Of a stretch of DNA of 57,895 bases, positions 1-14,776 are shown one piece after another. A model generated the notes under the pieces. That model was not told the DNA's origin. It saw only the letters and a list, made by a program, of their open reading frames with translations, and did no database searches. Location: positions 8,507 to 66,401 of the forward strand of contig JBBDXL010000183.1 of the NCBI GenBank assembly GCA_040902335.1, read 5' to 3'. Made by a program: the position numbers and the translations under genes. How positions within the stretch are numbered: position 1 is the first letter of the stretch; every line of letters begins with the position of its first letter. This stretch comes from Burkholderiales bacterium (lineage in GTDB: Bacteria; Pseudomonadota; Gammaproteobacteria; Burkholderiales; SG8-39).

Positions 1-2
1 TG

Positions 3-569
3 CTCTTCGCCAGCACGCGCGAGGGCGAGGAGGAGCGCCTGCTCGAGGCGTGCGGGTCCGCGGACGAAGGCACGGTGCTCGTGCTGGTGCCGCGCCACCA
101 GCAGCGCTTCGACGCGGTGGCGGCGCTCGCCGAGCGCATGGGCTTCGCCGTGGCGCGCCGCAGCCTGGGCGAGGCGCCGCCGCAGGGCCGCGGCCTCTAC
201 CTCGGCGACACGATGGGCGAGATGGCGTTCTACTATGCGCTGGCCGACGTCGCCGTGATCGGCGGCAGCTTCGAGCCGCTCGGCGGGCAGAACCTGATCG
301 AGGCCTGCGCGGCCGGCGTGCCGGTGGTGGCGGGTCCGCACATGTTCAACTTCGCCGATGTCACGCGGCTCGCGGTGCGCGCGCAGGCGGCGCTGCAGGT
401 CGCCGACGCCCCTGCGGCGCTGGAGGCGGCGCGCGCCCTGCTCGCCGATGCCGAGCGCCGCACCCGCATGGGCGACGCCGGCAAGCGCCTGTGCGAACGC
501 CACCGCGGCGCGGCCGAGCGCCACCTCGCGGCGTGCCGGCGCCTGCTTACTGCGCCAGGGCGCGGCTGA
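3..569 (+). CDS. waaA: 3-deoxy-D-manno-octulosonic acid (Kdo) transferase, 5'-truncated by window edge
   Basis: Frame open from base 3 (LFASTREGEE...LVPRH...LGDTMGEM...GGSFEPLGGQNLIEA...GPHMFNF): WaaA C-terminal motifs. Confidence 0.93.
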   Translation, partial: LFASTREGEEERLLEACGSADEGTVLVLVPRHQQRFDAVAALAERMGFAVARRSLGEAPPQGRGLYLGDTMGEMAFYYALADVAVIGGSFEPLGGQNLIEACAAGVPVVAGPHMFNFADVTRLAVRAQAALQVADAPAALEAARALLADAERRTRMGDAGKRLCERHRGAAERHLAACRRLLTAPGRG

Positions 570-1884
570 CTTCCTCGAGGTCCTGCTCGCGCAGGCTGCC
601 CGCGGCGGCCTTCAGGCGCAGGATGTTGGTGATGGTGTTGTAGCGCGCGACGGCGAGATCGCGGCGCGTCGAGAACACCTGCTGCTGCGCGTTCAGCACG
701 TCGATGTTGATGCGCACGCCCACCTCGTAGCCCAGGCGGTTGGACTGCAGCGCGCTTTCCGACGACACCAGCGCCTGCTCGAGAGCGCTGATCTGCGCGA
801 TGCCGTTGATCACGGCGAGGTAGGCCTGGCGCGTGGCGAGCACCGAGCTGCGGCGCGCATTCTCGAGATCCTGGCGCGTGCGCTCCAGGTTGTACGCGGC
901 CTCGCGCTCGCGCGAGCTGATGGCGCCGCCCTGGTACAGCGGCAGCGCGAACTGCAGGCCGATCGAGCTGGTGGTGACCTCGCTGCCCGAAGCGCTCAAC
1001 TGCGAGCTCAGCCGCGACGCCGACTGCGAGCTGAAATTGTGGATCGCCACCAGGTCGAGCGTCGGGTGGTGGCCGGCGCTGTTCCTTTGCGCCTCGAGCC
1101 GGGCGATCTCCACCGCTGCGTCCTGCACCAGGACGCTGTAGCTCTGCTTTTCCGCGAGGCTGGCCCAGCTTTGCATGTCGTTCGGCTCCGGCGGCGAGAG
1201 CCTGACGTCGGCGCGCAACCCCTTCAGTTCCACGTACTCCTTGCCGGTGAGCTGCTGCAGCGCGCGGCGGCGCGCATCGACGTCGTTCTGCGCCGAGATC
1301 TCCTGCGCCACGGCGAGGTCGTAGCGCGCCTGCGCCTCGTGCGTGTCGGTGATGGTCGCCGTGCCGACCTCGAAATTGCGCCTGGCCTGCGCCAGCTGCT
1401 CGGCGATGGCGGTTTTCTGCGCGCGCACGAAGCCGAGCGTGTCCTGCGCCGCGAGCACGTCGAAGTAGGCCTGCGCCGCGCGCAGGATCAGGTCCTGGCC
1501 GGCCTGGCCGAAGGTGAACTCGGCCTGCTTCGCCTGCAGCCCGGCCTGGTCGGCCTGCAGCCAGTTCTGCCGCCGGTACAGCGGCTGCGTGAAGTTGAGC
1601 GCGTAGCCGTGGGAGCTGACGTTGCGCTCGAAGTCCGGCACCGCCACCGGGTCCTTCGATTCCGAATCGATGTGCGTGCGCGTGGTATCCGCCGTCAGGT
1701 TGAGGCTGGGCAGCAGCAGCGCGCGGCCCTGCGGCACGCGCTCGAGCCCCGCCTGCAGCGCGTAGCGCGCCGCCCCGTATTGGGCGTCGTAGCCGCGGGC
1801 GTCCTGGTAGACCTGGGTCAGGTTTTCCGCCGCCGCGGCAAGCGGCGTGCAGGCGAACAAGGCGATCAACAGGCGTGGGTTCAT
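547..1884 (-). CDS. tolC: TolC-family outer membrane channel
   Basis: Signal peptide, ENLTQVY..A, FEVGTATITD, GYEVGVRINIDVLNAQ; usual pcm-tolC-waaA context. Confidence 0.92.
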   Translation of the reverse strand: MNPRLLIALFACTPLAAAAENLTQVYQDARGYDAQYGAARYALQAGLERVPQGRALLLPSLNLTADTTRTHIDSESKDPVAVPDFERNVSSHGYALNFTQPLYRRQNWLQADQAGLQAKQAEFTFGQAGQDLILRAAQAYFDVLAAQDTLGFVRAQKTAIAEQLAQARRNFEVGTATITDTHEAQARYDLAVAQEISAQNDVDARRRALQQLTGKEYVELKGLRADVRLSPPEPNDMQSWASLAEKQSYSVLVQDAAVEIARLEAQRNSAGHHPTLDLVAIHNFSSQSASRLSSQLSASGSEVTTSSIGLQFALPLYQGGAISSREREAAYNLERTRQDLENARRSSVLATRQAYLAVINGIAQISALEQALVSSESALQSNRLGYEVGVRINIDVLNAQQQVFSTRRDLAVARYNTITNILRLKAAAGSLREQDLEEVSRALAQ

Positions 1885-1900
1885 GGTCGAGGCGAGAGGT

Positions 1901-2554
1901 TCAGAACGTGAAGCGCGGGGGACGCTCCGCGTTGACGAGGGGCGCGAGCACGGTGTCGAACAGCGCCACGCTGCCGTAGGCGCCGGGCGCCGCGCAGGTG
2001 ATGAGCCGCGCCACCATCACCGGCGGCTCGCCCACCACCGCGAACAGGCGCCCGCCGGGCGCGAGCTGCTCCCTGAGCCCTGCCGGCAGCACCGGCGTCG
2101 AGGCGGTGAGCACGATCGCATCGTAGGGCGCGCGCTTCGGGTCGCCGCGCGCGCCGTCGCCGACTTCCAGCGTGACATTGTCGGCGCCGTGGCGCGCGAG
2201 GTTGTCGCGGCCGAAGGCGGCGAGCAGCGGCCGGATCTCGAGCGAGAAGACATGGGCGGCGCAGCGCGCGAGGAGCGCCGTGAGATAGCCGCTGCCGGTG
2301 CCGACCTCGAGCACGCGGTCGGTCTTCCTGAGGGAGAGCTCTTGCACGATGCGCGCCTCCATCTTCGGCGCCATCATGGCTTCGCCCTCGCCGATCGGGA
2401 TTTCCATGTCGGCGAAGGCGAGCGTGCGGAACGCGGCCGGGACGAACTCTTCGCGCGGCACCGCGTAGAGCAGTTCGAGCACGGCCGGATCGAGCACCTC
2501 CCAGGTGCGGATCTGCTGCTCGACCATGTTGAAGCGGGCCTGTTCGAGGTTCAT
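1901..2554 (-). CDS. pcm: Protein-L-isoaspartate O-methyltransferase family
   Basis: ARFNMVEQQIRTWEV, VLEVGTGSGY SAM-binding motif, PYDAI. Confidence 0.93.
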   Translation of the reverse strand: MNLEQARFNMVEQQIRTWEVLDPAVLELLYAVPREEFVPAAFRTLAFADMEIPIGEGEAMMAPKMEARIVQELSLRKTDRVLEVGTGSGYLTALLARCAAHVFSLEIRPLLAAFGRDNLARHGADNVTLEVGDGARGDPKRAPYDAIVLTASTPVLPAGLREQLAPGGRLFAVVGEPPVMVARLITCAAPGAYGSVALFDTVLAPLVNAERPPRFTF

Positions 2555-2657
2555 CGGTCGGTGCGAGGCGAGGGACCGGCATTATAAGGGGTGCCCACCC
2601 GGCGCCGCGAGCGGCGCACCGGCCGTACTTCTTGTTTCTTGGGGCACTTTGAAGTAG

Positions 2658-5454
<2,797 letters not shown>

Positions 5455-5458
<4 letters not shown>

Positions 5459-6252
5459 CCGACCTCCCGCTCTTGCAGGCGTTCATCCTCGGCCTGGTCG
5501 AGGGCCTGACCGAGTTCCTGCCGATCTCGAGCACCGGCCACCTGATCCTCGCCGGCGACCTGCTGGGATTCAACGACGAGCGCGCCAAGGTGTTCCACGT
5601 CGCCATCCAGACCGGCGCCATGCTCGCGGTGGTGTGGGAGTACCGCGCGCGTTTCTTCAGCGTCGACCGGCGGCTGTATCGCAACCTGATCGTCGCCTTT
5701 ATTCCCGCAGCGGTGCTCGGGCTGCTGTTCGGCGGCGTCATCAAGACCCATCTCTTCGCACCGGTGCCGGTGGCGCTCGCCTTCATCGTCGGCGGATTGA
5801 TCATCCTGTGGGTGGAGCGCGGCGCGCGCGTCGCGCGCATCGACTCGACGCGCGCGATGACCTGGAAGGACGCGCTCAAGGTGGGGCTCGCGCAGTGCTT
5901 CGCGCTCATCCCGGGCACCTCGCGCTCGGGCGCCACCATCATCGGCGGGATGCTGTTCGGCCTGTCGCGCCCGGCGGCGACGGAGTTCTCGTTCTTTCTC
6001 GCCGTGCCGACGCTGGTTGCCGCCGGCGGCTACGACCTGTGGCAGCACCGGGCGCTTTTCTCGATGGATGACCTGGGAATGTTCACGGTAGGGCTGGCGA
6101 TGTCCTTCGCGTCCGCCTTCGTCGTCATCCGCTGGCTGGTGCGCTACGTCGCCACGCACGATTTCCGGCCGTTCGCCTGGTACCGCATCGCGTTCGGCGT
6201 CGTCGTGCTCGCGACCGCGTATTGGGGCGCGGTGAGCTGGTCCGCGCCCTAG
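5455..6252 (+). CDS. uppP: Undecaprenyl-diphosphate phosphatase
   Basis: [18 protein letters not shown] and [10 protein letters not shown] BacA motifs. Confidence 0.97.
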
Positions 6253-6704
6253 CCCTGCACCCAGGGCAGCCCGGCCTTGCGCCAGCCGCCTACGGTATTG
6301 CGGTGCTGCTCCGCGTCCTTGTCGCCTTCGAAGCCCTCGAGCACGTTGTACGAATCGCGCCAGCCGGCCTGAGCGGCGGTCGCGGCCGCGGCATGCGAGC
6401 GGCCGCCCGAACGGCATATGAACATCAGGGTATCCGCGGGCTCTACGGCCTCGGTAAGCTGGCTCAGGAAATCGGGGTTCATTGCGTTGCCGGGGTACGT
6501 CTGCCATTCCACCAGCACGCTGCCCGGCACGCGCCCTACGTACAGCAGTTCCGGCCTGGTGCGCACGTCGACCAGCTTCGCGCCGGCCTGCAGGAGCGCG
6601 AATGCCTCCGCGGGGGTCAGCGCGCCAGCATAGGGCAGCTTGAGTTGCTGGGCGCGCTCCGCCGCCCGGCGCTTGATCTCGGCGATATCCGTATTGCCCG
6701 CCAT
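6249..6704 (-). CDS. Rhodanese-like domain protein
   Basis: [14 protein letters not shown] active-site loop, NVLEGFEG; divergent from glnA. Confidence 0.92.
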   Translation of the reverse strand: MAGNTDIAEIKRRAAERAQQLKLPYAGALTPAEAFALLQAGAKLVDVRTRPELLYVGRVPGSVLVEWQTYPGNAMNPDFLSQLTEAVEPADTLMFICRSGGRSHAAAATAAQAGWRDSYNVLEGFEGDKDAEQHRNTVGGWRKAGLPWVQG

Positions 6705-6745
6705 TGCTGCCCTGCATTATAGGAGTTCAAGACGGGTGCATCGCA

Positions 6746-6792
6746 GGCACCAGCGCAGTGCCTCGAGCAACAAAATGCACCAGCAATGTGCG
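6746..6792. promoter_or_regulatory. Two NtrC enhancer sites
   Basis: GCAC-N7-GTGC at 6747-6761 and 6777-6791, 30 bp apart, upstream of the sigma54 promoter of glnA. Confidence 0.85.
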
Positions 6793-6855
6793 ATGGCATG
6801 ATTTAGAATTTCCGCGGCATGGCGCGGCAGGGGCGGATTCGGGGAGACCGCCCCG

Positions 6856-6871
6856 TGGCATGGAACCTGCT
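6856..6871 (+). promoter_or_regulatory. sigma54 (-24/-12) promoter of glnA
   Basis: TGGCATGGAACCTGCT with exact GG-N10-GC spacing. Confidence 0.85.
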
Positions 6872-6936
6872 CCAACCTGCGCGTCCGGCCGCCGAGAGCG
6901 GCCGTATCCCATTGCACAAACTCAGGAGATCTGCAG

Positions 6937-8352
6937 ATGTCCATGACGGCCGATGACGTCTTGAAAATGGCAAAGGACAAGGAGGTCAAGTTCGTCGACT
7001 TCCGCTTTACCGACACGCGCGGCAAGGAGCAGCACGTCAGCGTGCCGATCCGGCACTTCACCAAGGAGAAGTTCGAGCAAGGCCACGCCTTCGACGGCTC
7101 GTCGATCGCCGGCTGGAAAGGCATCCAGGCCTCCGACATGCTGCTGATGCCGGACCCGTCGACCGCGCGCATGGACCCGTTCAGCGACGAGGCGGTCCTG
7201 AACGTCAGCTGCGACGTCTACGAGCCGACCGACGGCAAACCCTACGACCGCTGCCCGCGCGGCATCGCGCGGCGCGCCGAAGCGTTCCTCAAGTCGAGCG
7301 GCCTCGGCGACACGGCGTACTTCGGCCCCGAGCCCGAGTTCTTCATCTTCGACGGCGTCACCTGGTCCGTCGACATGTCCGGCAGCTTCGTCAAGATCAA
7401 GTCCGAAGAGGCGCCCTGGTCGAGCGGCATCGACTACGAATCGGGCAACATGGGGCATCGTGCCCCGGTCAAAGGCGGCTACTTTCCGGTGCCGCCGACC
7501 GATACGCTCGCCGACATCCGCAACGCCATGTGCCTCGCGCTCGAGCAGCAGGGCGTGGAGGTCGAAGTGCACCACCACGAGGTCGGCGCGATGGGGCAGA
7601 ACGAGATCGGCACGCGCTTTGCGCCCCTCGTGCAGCGCGCGGACTGGATGCAGATCCTCAAGTACACGGTATGGAACGTGGCCGCCTCCTACGGCAAGAC
7701 CGCGACCTTCATGCCCAAGCCCGTGGTCGGCGACAACGGCTCGGGCATGCACGTGCACCAGTCGGTGTGGAAGGGCGGCCAGAACCTGTTCGCGGGCAAC
7801 GGCTATTCCGGCCTGTCGGAGTTCGCGCTGTTCTATATCGGCGGCATCATCAAGCACGCCAAGGCGCTCAACGCCATCACCAATCCGGGCACCAACAGCT
7901 ACAAGCGCCTGGTGCCGGGCTTCGAGGCGCCGATCAACCTCGCCTACTCGGCGAAGAACCGCTCCGCGGGCTGCCGCATCCCGTACGTCTCCAGCCCGAA
8001 GGCGCGGCGCGTAGAGGTGCGCTTCCCGGATCCGACGACCAACGCCTACCTGGCGTTTGCGGCGATGCTGATGGCGGGGCTGGACGGCGTGCAGAACAAG
8101 ATCCACCCGGGCGACCCGATCGACAAGAACATGTACGACCTGCCGCCGGAAGAAGCCGCCAAGGTGCCCCAGGTGTGCGCTTCGCTCGAGGAAGCGCTCG
8201 GGCACCTGGAAAAGGATCACGCGTTCCTCACCAAGGGCGGGGTGTTCTCGGAGGAGTTCCTCGAGTCCTACGCGGTGCTCAAGGAAGAGGAGCTGACGCG
8301 CTTCCGCATGACCACACACCCGGTCGAATTCGACATGTACTACTCGTCCTGA
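6937..8352 (+). CDS. glnA: Glutamine synthetase type I
   Basis: [30 protein letters not shown] adenylylation site, C-terminal FDMYYS; RBS AGGAG. Confidence 0.99.
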   Translation: MSMTADDVLKMAKDKEVKFVDFRFTDTRGKEQHVSVPIRHFTKEKFEQGHAFDGSSIAGWKGIQASDMLLMPDPSTARMDPFSDEAVLNVSCDVYEPTDGKPYDRCPRGIARRAEAFLKSSGLGDTAYFGPEPEFFIFDGVTWSVDMSGSFVKIKSEEAPWSSGIDYESGNMGHRAPVKGGYFPVPPTDTLADIRNAMCLALEQQGVEVEVHHHEVGAMGQNEIGTRFAPLVQRADWMQILKYTVWNVAASYGKTATFMPKPVVGDNGSGMHVHQSVWKGGQNLFAGNGYSGLSEFALFYIGGIIKHAKALNAITNPGTNSYKRLVPGFEAPINLAYSAKNRSAGCRIPYVSSPKARRVEVRFPDPTTNAYLAFAAMLMAGLDGVQNKIHPGDPIDKNMYDLPPEEAAKVPQVCASLEEALGHLEKDHAFLTKGGVFSEEFLESYAVLKEEELTRFRMTTHPVEFDMYYSS

Positions 8353-8367
8353 GGCGCACCCTGTCGA

Positions 8368-8401
8368 CGGGGGGACGGGCTTGCCCGTCTTCTGTTTTTT
8401 T
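8368..8401 (+). terminator. Rho-independent terminator after glnA
   Basis: GACGGG-CTTG-CCCGTC hairpin followed by a T-run. Confidence 0.8.
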
Positions 8402-8418
8402 CTGGTATGTTATTGATC

Positions 8419-8919
8419 GTGCGCCGATTTTTCATGTTGCCGGGGTTTTTGCTGAGCTTCGTGCCGGCGCTTGCCCAGGCGCAAGCCACCCAGGAAATCA
8501 CTATCTGGAGCTGTCGCGACAAGGACGGGCGCACGCACGTCACCAACCTGAGGGAAGACACCAGCGGCAAGGATTGCCGCATCGTGCAGCAAACGCGCGT
8601 GCAGGTCGTGCCGGCGCAGGCGCCCGGCAAGCCCCCGCCGGCCAAGGCGGCCCCGGGAACCTACCCCAAGGAGGACTCGCAGGCGCGCGCGTCGGCGAAG
8701 GAGCGCCAGCGCGAGATCCTCGAGCGCGAGCTGAAGCAGGAGGAGTCGCTGCTCGAGCACTCGCGCAAGGAGCTCGAGGAGCAGGAGTCGGTGCGCTACG
8801 GCGACGAGCGAAACTACGCCAGGGTGCTCGAGCGCTTGCAGAAATACAAGGACGCGGTGGATTTGCACGAAAAGAACGTCGAATCGCTCAGGCGCGAGCT
8901 GACCAACCTGTACCGATGA
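8419..8919 (+). CDS. Exported DUF4124-like protein with coiled-coil C-terminus
   Basis: GTG 8419 gives a good signal peptide (MRRFF...AQA); WSCRDKDGRTHVTN; GDERNY..V.ER. Alternative starts 8407/8434. Confidence 0.75.
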   Translation: MRRFFMLPGFLLSFVPALAQAQATQEITIWSCRDKDGRTHVTNLREDTSGKDCRIVQQTRVQVVPAQAPGKPPPAKAAPGTYPKEDSQARASAKERQREILERELKQEESLLEHSRKELEEQESVRYGDERNYARVLERLQKYKDAVDLHEKNVESLRRELTNLYR

Positions 8920-8936
8920 GCGCGGCGGCCTGACCC

Positions 8937-9982
8937 GTGGCCGCAACAAACTTCTCAGGCCTGGAGTACCTGGCCACCGCCGTGATGGTGCTGGACGAGC
9001 ACGGGCTGGCGCGCTACGCCAATCAGGCCGCCGAGAACCTTCTCGGCGTGGCGGCGAAGAGTCTCATCGGGCAGCAGTTCCTGCCGCTCTTCGAGCCCGA
9101 CGCGGCGCTGGAGAAGGCGCTCGCCGAGGCGCTGGTCACGCACTGGGACTATTCGGCGCAGAACGTGAGCTACCCGCGGCCCGGGCGCGAGGCGCTGCCC
9201 CTCTCGTGCGTGCTGACGCGCATCGACGCCCCCGGCATGCCGCTGCTTGCGGAGCTGCGCCCGATCGAGCAGCAGCTGCGCCAGGCGCGCGAGGAGCGCC
9301 TGATCGGCGAGCAGCAGGCGAGCCGCGAGCTGATCCGCAATCTCGCCCACGAAATCAAGAACCCGCTCGGCGGCTTGCGCGGCTCGGCGCAGCTCCTCGA
9401 GCGCGAGCTGGAGCGGCCCGAGCTGCGCGAATACACGCAAGTGATCATCAAGGAAGCCGACCGGCTGCAGACGCTGATGGACCGGCTGCTCACGCCGCAC
9501 CGCCGGCCGCGCGTCGGACCGCTCGGCATCCACGTAGTCCTCGAGCGCGTGCGCAGCCTTGTGCTGGCCGAGTTCGCCAGCGGCATCGCCATCGACTGCG
9601 ACTACGACCCGAGCCTGCCCGACCTGGTGGGCGACAAGGAGCAGCTCATCCAGGCGGTGCTGAACGTGGTGCGCAATGCGGCGCAGGCGGTGGTCGGCGG
9701 CGGCCGCCCCGGCAACATCACGCTGCGCACGCGGGCGCTGCGCCAGGTCACCCTGCTCAAGCAGCGCCATAGGCTGGCACTAGAATTGCAAGTGATCGAT
9801 GACGGGCCCGGCGTCCCTGAGGACATCCGGGACAGGATATTCAATCCCCTGGTCTCGGGGCGGGACGGCGGCAGCGGGCTGGGCTTATCGCTCGCGCAGA
9901 CCTTCGTCCACTACCACCGGGGAATCATCGAGTGCGACAGCCGCCCGGGGCGCACCGTTTTCAGGATTGTGCTGCCGCTGGC

Positions 9983-9986
<4 letters not shown>
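8937..9986 (+). CDS. glnL: Nitrogen regulation sensor kinase NtrB
   Basis: PAS domain, LAHEIKNPLGG H-box, DDGPG, GSGLGL. Confidence 0.96.
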
Positions 9987-11380
<1,394 letters not shown>

Positions 11381-11386
<6 letters not shown>

Positions 11387-11604
11387 AAATCGGGGTCAAA
11401 GTAGAAATCGGGGTCAGAACAAGATTTCTCTCAAGTAAGCGACGACCCGTATCGCGTCGCGACGTTGTTGCAGTTCAAAACGATCTCGGCTTTTCTGGCG
11501 GGAAGATTCACCCCGCCAGAAAAACCGAGACCATGGAAAACCTATCGCAGGCACCGACGCATTCGCGTCGCTTGGTTCGGAAAATCCTGTTCTGACCCCA
11601 TTTT
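11381..11604. repeat. Nested inverted-repeat element (MITE/REPIN-like) with an 18-bp tandem duplication at the left end
   Basis: Outer IR 11410-11427/11582-11599 (17/18), IR 11437-11444/11566-11573, inner IR 11484-11502/11512-11530 (18/19); AAGTAGAAATCGGGGTCA x2 at 11381-11416. Confidence 0.75.
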
Positions 11605-11614
11605 CCCCATTCCT

Positions 11615-12679
11615 CTACTTCTTGCGGTTTAGCTCGAGCTGCGCGTCGACCAGCGCCACGACCTCGTCGAGCGGCGCGGAGCGCATGCCCTTTTGCCGGG
11701 CGATGGCCTGCACCAGGCGATCGACCCGCTCGATGTAGGGCGCGCCGCCGTAGAGCGCGCGCGCGGCGGATGACGGGCCGGTGAGGCCGTTCGCCGCGGC
11801 CGCGTATTTCTCGAACGGCACCAGGTCCTTCGCGTCCGCGCCGAGCGACTTGCACAGCGCCACCACCCAGTCGTAAACCGTGCGCGTGGCGTCGATGTCC
11901 GTGTGCACCGCTTCCTTGATGGAGCGGATGCCCTGCTTCGTCACGCAGCGGTAGTTGCCGGCCATCAGCATGGCCCACTTCGCCAGCGGCACGAACACCG
12001 AGTCGTGCACCTTGAGCTTCACGGGAAGCTCGATCTTGCCGGCGCCGGTATCGAAGCGCGCCGCCTCGATGTCCGCTTCGAGTCGGCGCAGTATCGCGGT
12101 GTGCGCGTCCGACGGAAAGCGCGCCGACTTGAAGTTGGTCGGCAGCCGCACCAGCAGTACGTTCGCCTTTTCGTCGGGCGGGCGGGAGGCTTGCGGGTCG
12201 GGACTGCACAGCGTCATCAGCGCCGGTTCGAAGCTGTCCCAGACCGTTGCGTCGGTGTAGCAGTCGCGGCAGGCCGCGGCATCGACGCCGGGGACGCGCT
12301 TCAGGTACGGCAGCGGCGGCATGTTCATGATCGACATGCAGGGCACCTTCGCCTTGGCCACCGCGTCGAGCAGCTCGCGCACGCCGCTCGAGCGGTACTG
12401 CGGCTCCTGCATGGCGAGCGCCACCAGATCGAAGTCGCTCGGGTTGATGCCGGCAGGACCGCCCGCCGAGAGCTTGCCGGGAAGCTTGCGCGAGTCCACC
12501 TCCACGAGGCCCTCGCGGCCCTTGACCGGCATGCGCACGCGCGCGCCTTCCTGGTTGATCAGCTCCGCTTCGGCGGGCAGGCACACCAGCCGCGCCGTAT
12601 GCCCGGCGAGCAGCAGCTTGATGGCCAGCAGCGAACCGTAGGACGCGCCGAGGATCAGGATTCTGTAGGGGGTATTCAT
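11615..12679 (-). CDS. Hypothetical Rossmann-fold protein, ketopantoate-reductase-like
   Basis: ILILGASYGS degenerate dinucleotide-binding start, host-like codon usage; function not assignable. Confidence 0.65.
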   Translation of the reverse strand: MNTPYRILILGASYGSLLAIKLLLAGHTARLVCLPAEAELINQEGARVRMPVKGREGLVEVDSRKLPGKLSAGGPAGINPSDFDLVALAMQEPQYRSSGVRELLDAVAKAKVPCMSIMNMPPLPYLKRVPGVDAAACRDCYTDATVWDSFEPALMTLCSPDPQASRPPDEKANVLLVRLPTNFKSARFPSDAHTAILRRLEADIEAARFDTGAGKIELPVKLKVHDSVFVPLAKWAMLMAGNYRCVTKQGIRSIKEAVHTDIDATRTVYDWVVALCKSLGADAKDLVPFEKYAAAANGLTGPSSAARALYGGAPYIERVDRLVQAIARQKGMRSAPLDEVVALVDAQLELNRKK

Positions 12680-12783
12680 GGCATCTCACGATGTGAAATA
12701 GAAGCTCAGCTGCCGAAAACAATACACATATCCAATTGATTTATCACGTTGCGGCGCGGCATACCGCTTCATAGAATGCCCGC

Positions 12784-14385
12784 ATGCATATGTCGAGTCC
12801 GCTCCGCACGGCAGTCACCGTAGAGGGCGCGCTGACGCCCGCATTCGCCGAGATCCTGACGCCGGAAGCCCTTGCGTTCGTCGCCCGTCTGCACCGCGAG
12901 TTCGAGCCGCGCCGCCAGGAACTGCTGGCCGCGCGCAGTGCGCGGCAGAAGGAATTCGACGCCGGAAGGTTGCCGGATTTCCTGCCCAAGACCCGGAAGA
13001 TCCGCGAATCGGACTGGACCATCGCACCGCAGCCCAAGGACATGCTCGATCGCCGCGTAGAGATCACCGGCCCGACCGACCGGAAGATGGTGATCAACGC
13101 GCTCAACTGCGGCGCCTCGACCTTCATGGCGGATTTCGAGGACGCCAACTGCCCGACGTGGTTCAACATGATCGACGGGCAGGTCAACCTGCGCGACGCG
13201 GTGCGCCGCACGATCAGCTTCCAGCAGGGCGGCAAGAGCTACGCGCTGAACGACAAGACCGCGGTGCTCATCCCACGGCCGCGCGGCTGGCACCTGAGCG
13301 AGAAGCACGTGACCGTGGACGGCCAGCCGGTTGCGGGCGGGATTTTCGATTTCGCGCTGTTCTTCTTTCACAACGCGAAACAGCTCCTCGAGCGCGGCAG
13401 CGGCCCGTACTTCTACCTGCCGAAGCTCGAGTCGCACCTCGAGGCGCGGCTGTGGAACGACATCTTCAAGACGGCGCAGCAGGCGCTAGGCGTGCCGCAG
13501 GGCAGCATCAAGGCCACGGTCCTGATCGAGACCGTTCTCGCGGCCTTCGAGATGGACGAGATCCTGCACGAGCTGAAGGAGCACTCCGCCGGGCTGAACA
13601 TCGGGCGCTGGGACTACATCTTCTCGTGCATCAAGAAGTTCCGCTCGAACGACAAGTTCTGCCTCGCGGACCGCTCGCAGGTGACGATGGCGGCGCCGTT
13701 CCTGCGCGCCTACGCGCTGCTGCTGGTGAAGACCTGCCACCAGCGTGGCGCGCCGGCGATGGGCGGCATGGCGGCGCAGATTCCGATCAAGAACGACCCT
13801 GCCGCGAACGAGGCGGCGCTGGAGAAGGTGCGCCAGGACAAGCTGCGCGAGGTGACCGACGGTTGCGACGGCACCTGGGTGGCGCATCCGGGCCTGGTGC
13901 CGGTGGCGAAGGAAGTTTTCGACCGGCACATGCCGAAGCCGAACCAGTACGACAAGCAGCGCCCGGACGTGAACGTGACGGCCAAGGACCTGCTCGATTT
14001 CCGTCCCGAGACGCCGATCACCGAGGCGGGGCTGCGCAACAACATCTCGGTCGGCATCCAGTACCTGGGCTCCTGGCTCGGCGGCAACGGCTGCGTACCG
14101 GTGTTCAACCTGATGGAGGACGCGGCCACCGCCGAGATCTCCCGCTCGCAGATCTGGCAGTGGATCCGCAGCGACAAGGGCAAGCTCGAGGACGGCCGGC
14201 GCGTCACCAAGGCGCTGTTCCGGCACCTGCTGGCGGAAGAGCTGCCGAAGGTGCGGCAGTACGTCGGCGAGGAGGCCTGGGCCGCCGGCAATTACTCGGA
14301 GAGCGCGGCGCTGTTCGAGAAGATCACATCCGACGACAGCTACGTCGAGTTCCTCACGCTGCCGGCGTACGAGCGCATCGACTAG
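12784..14385 (+). CDS. aceB: Malate synthase A
   Basis: [44 protein letters not shown]. Confidence 0.97.
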   Translation: MHMSSPLRTAVTVEGALTPAFAEILTPEALAFVARLHREFEPRRQELLAARSARQKEFDAGRLPDFLPKTRKIRESDWTIAPQPKDMLDRRVEITGPTDRKMVINALNCGASTFMADFEDANCPTWFNMIDGQVNLRDAVRRTISFQQGGKSYALNDKTAVLIPRPRGWHLSEKHVTVDGQPVAGGIFDFALFFFHNAKQLLERGSGPYFYLPKLESHLEARLWNDIFKTAQQALGVPQGSIKATVLIETVLAAFEMDEILHELKEHSAGLNIGRWDYIFSCIKKFRSNDKFCLADRSQVTMAAPFLRAYALLLVKTCHQRGAPAMGGMAAQIPIKNDPAANEAALEKVRQDKLREVTDGCDGTWVAHPGLVPVAKEVFDRHMPKPNQYDKQRPDVNVTAKDLLDFRPETPITEAGLRNNISVGIQYLGSWLGGNGCVPVFNLMEDAATAEISRSQIWQWIRSDKGKLEDGRRVTKALFRHLLAEELPKVRQYVGEEAWAAGNYSESAALFEKITSDDSYVEFLTLPAYERID

Positions 14386-14388
14386 CGG

Positions 14389-14760
14389 CTACTGGATTGT
14401 CCACTCGGCGTCGCATTTGCGACAGCTCACGCTCATCGACCCGGGGGTTGCGCCGACCAGCCGGTATTGGCCGTAGGTGCCGCAGCGCTTGCAGGTCGAG
14501 CGTTCGCTCAGGTGCTGCGCCTGCAGCAGCATGCTCAGGTAGCGCCACAGCGCATACCAGGCGATGAGGCCCGCCGCGCAGGCGGCGATCAGCAAGAGCG
14601 CCGTCTCAAGGCTGAGCGCAAGTATGCTCAGGTCCTCCAGCAGCGCGAGAAACGCGAATGCGCTCAGCAGGCTCGCCACGAGCCAGCCGTGGCAGGCGTA
14701 GAGCTGGCGCTCGTACCAGCGCCGAAAACCGAGCTTGCCGATCGCGCCTGCCGGGGTCAT
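14389..14760 (-). CDS. Small membrane protein, 2 TM plus C-terminal CxxC...CxxC zinc ribbon
   Basis: GFRRWYERQL, two hydrophobic helices, CKRC and CRKC. Confidence 0.75.
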   Translation of the reverse strand: MTPAGAIGKLGFRRWYERQLYACHGWLVASLLSAFAFLALLEDLSILALSLETALLLIAACAAGLIAWYALWRYLSMLLQAQHLSERSTCKRCGTYGQYRLVGATPGSMSVSCRKCDAEWTIQ

Positions 14761-14776
14761 GCGCTAAATTGTACGA

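Noticed and set aside
6794-6808. Second possible sigma54 site TGGCATGATTTAGAA
   Set aside because: No GC at the -12 position; the site at 6856-6871 fits exactly
6830-6854. GGGGCGG/CCGCCCC inverted repeat just upstream of the glnA sigma54 promoter
   Set aside because: A 7-bp all-GC repeat is expected by chance at this composition; no supporting feature
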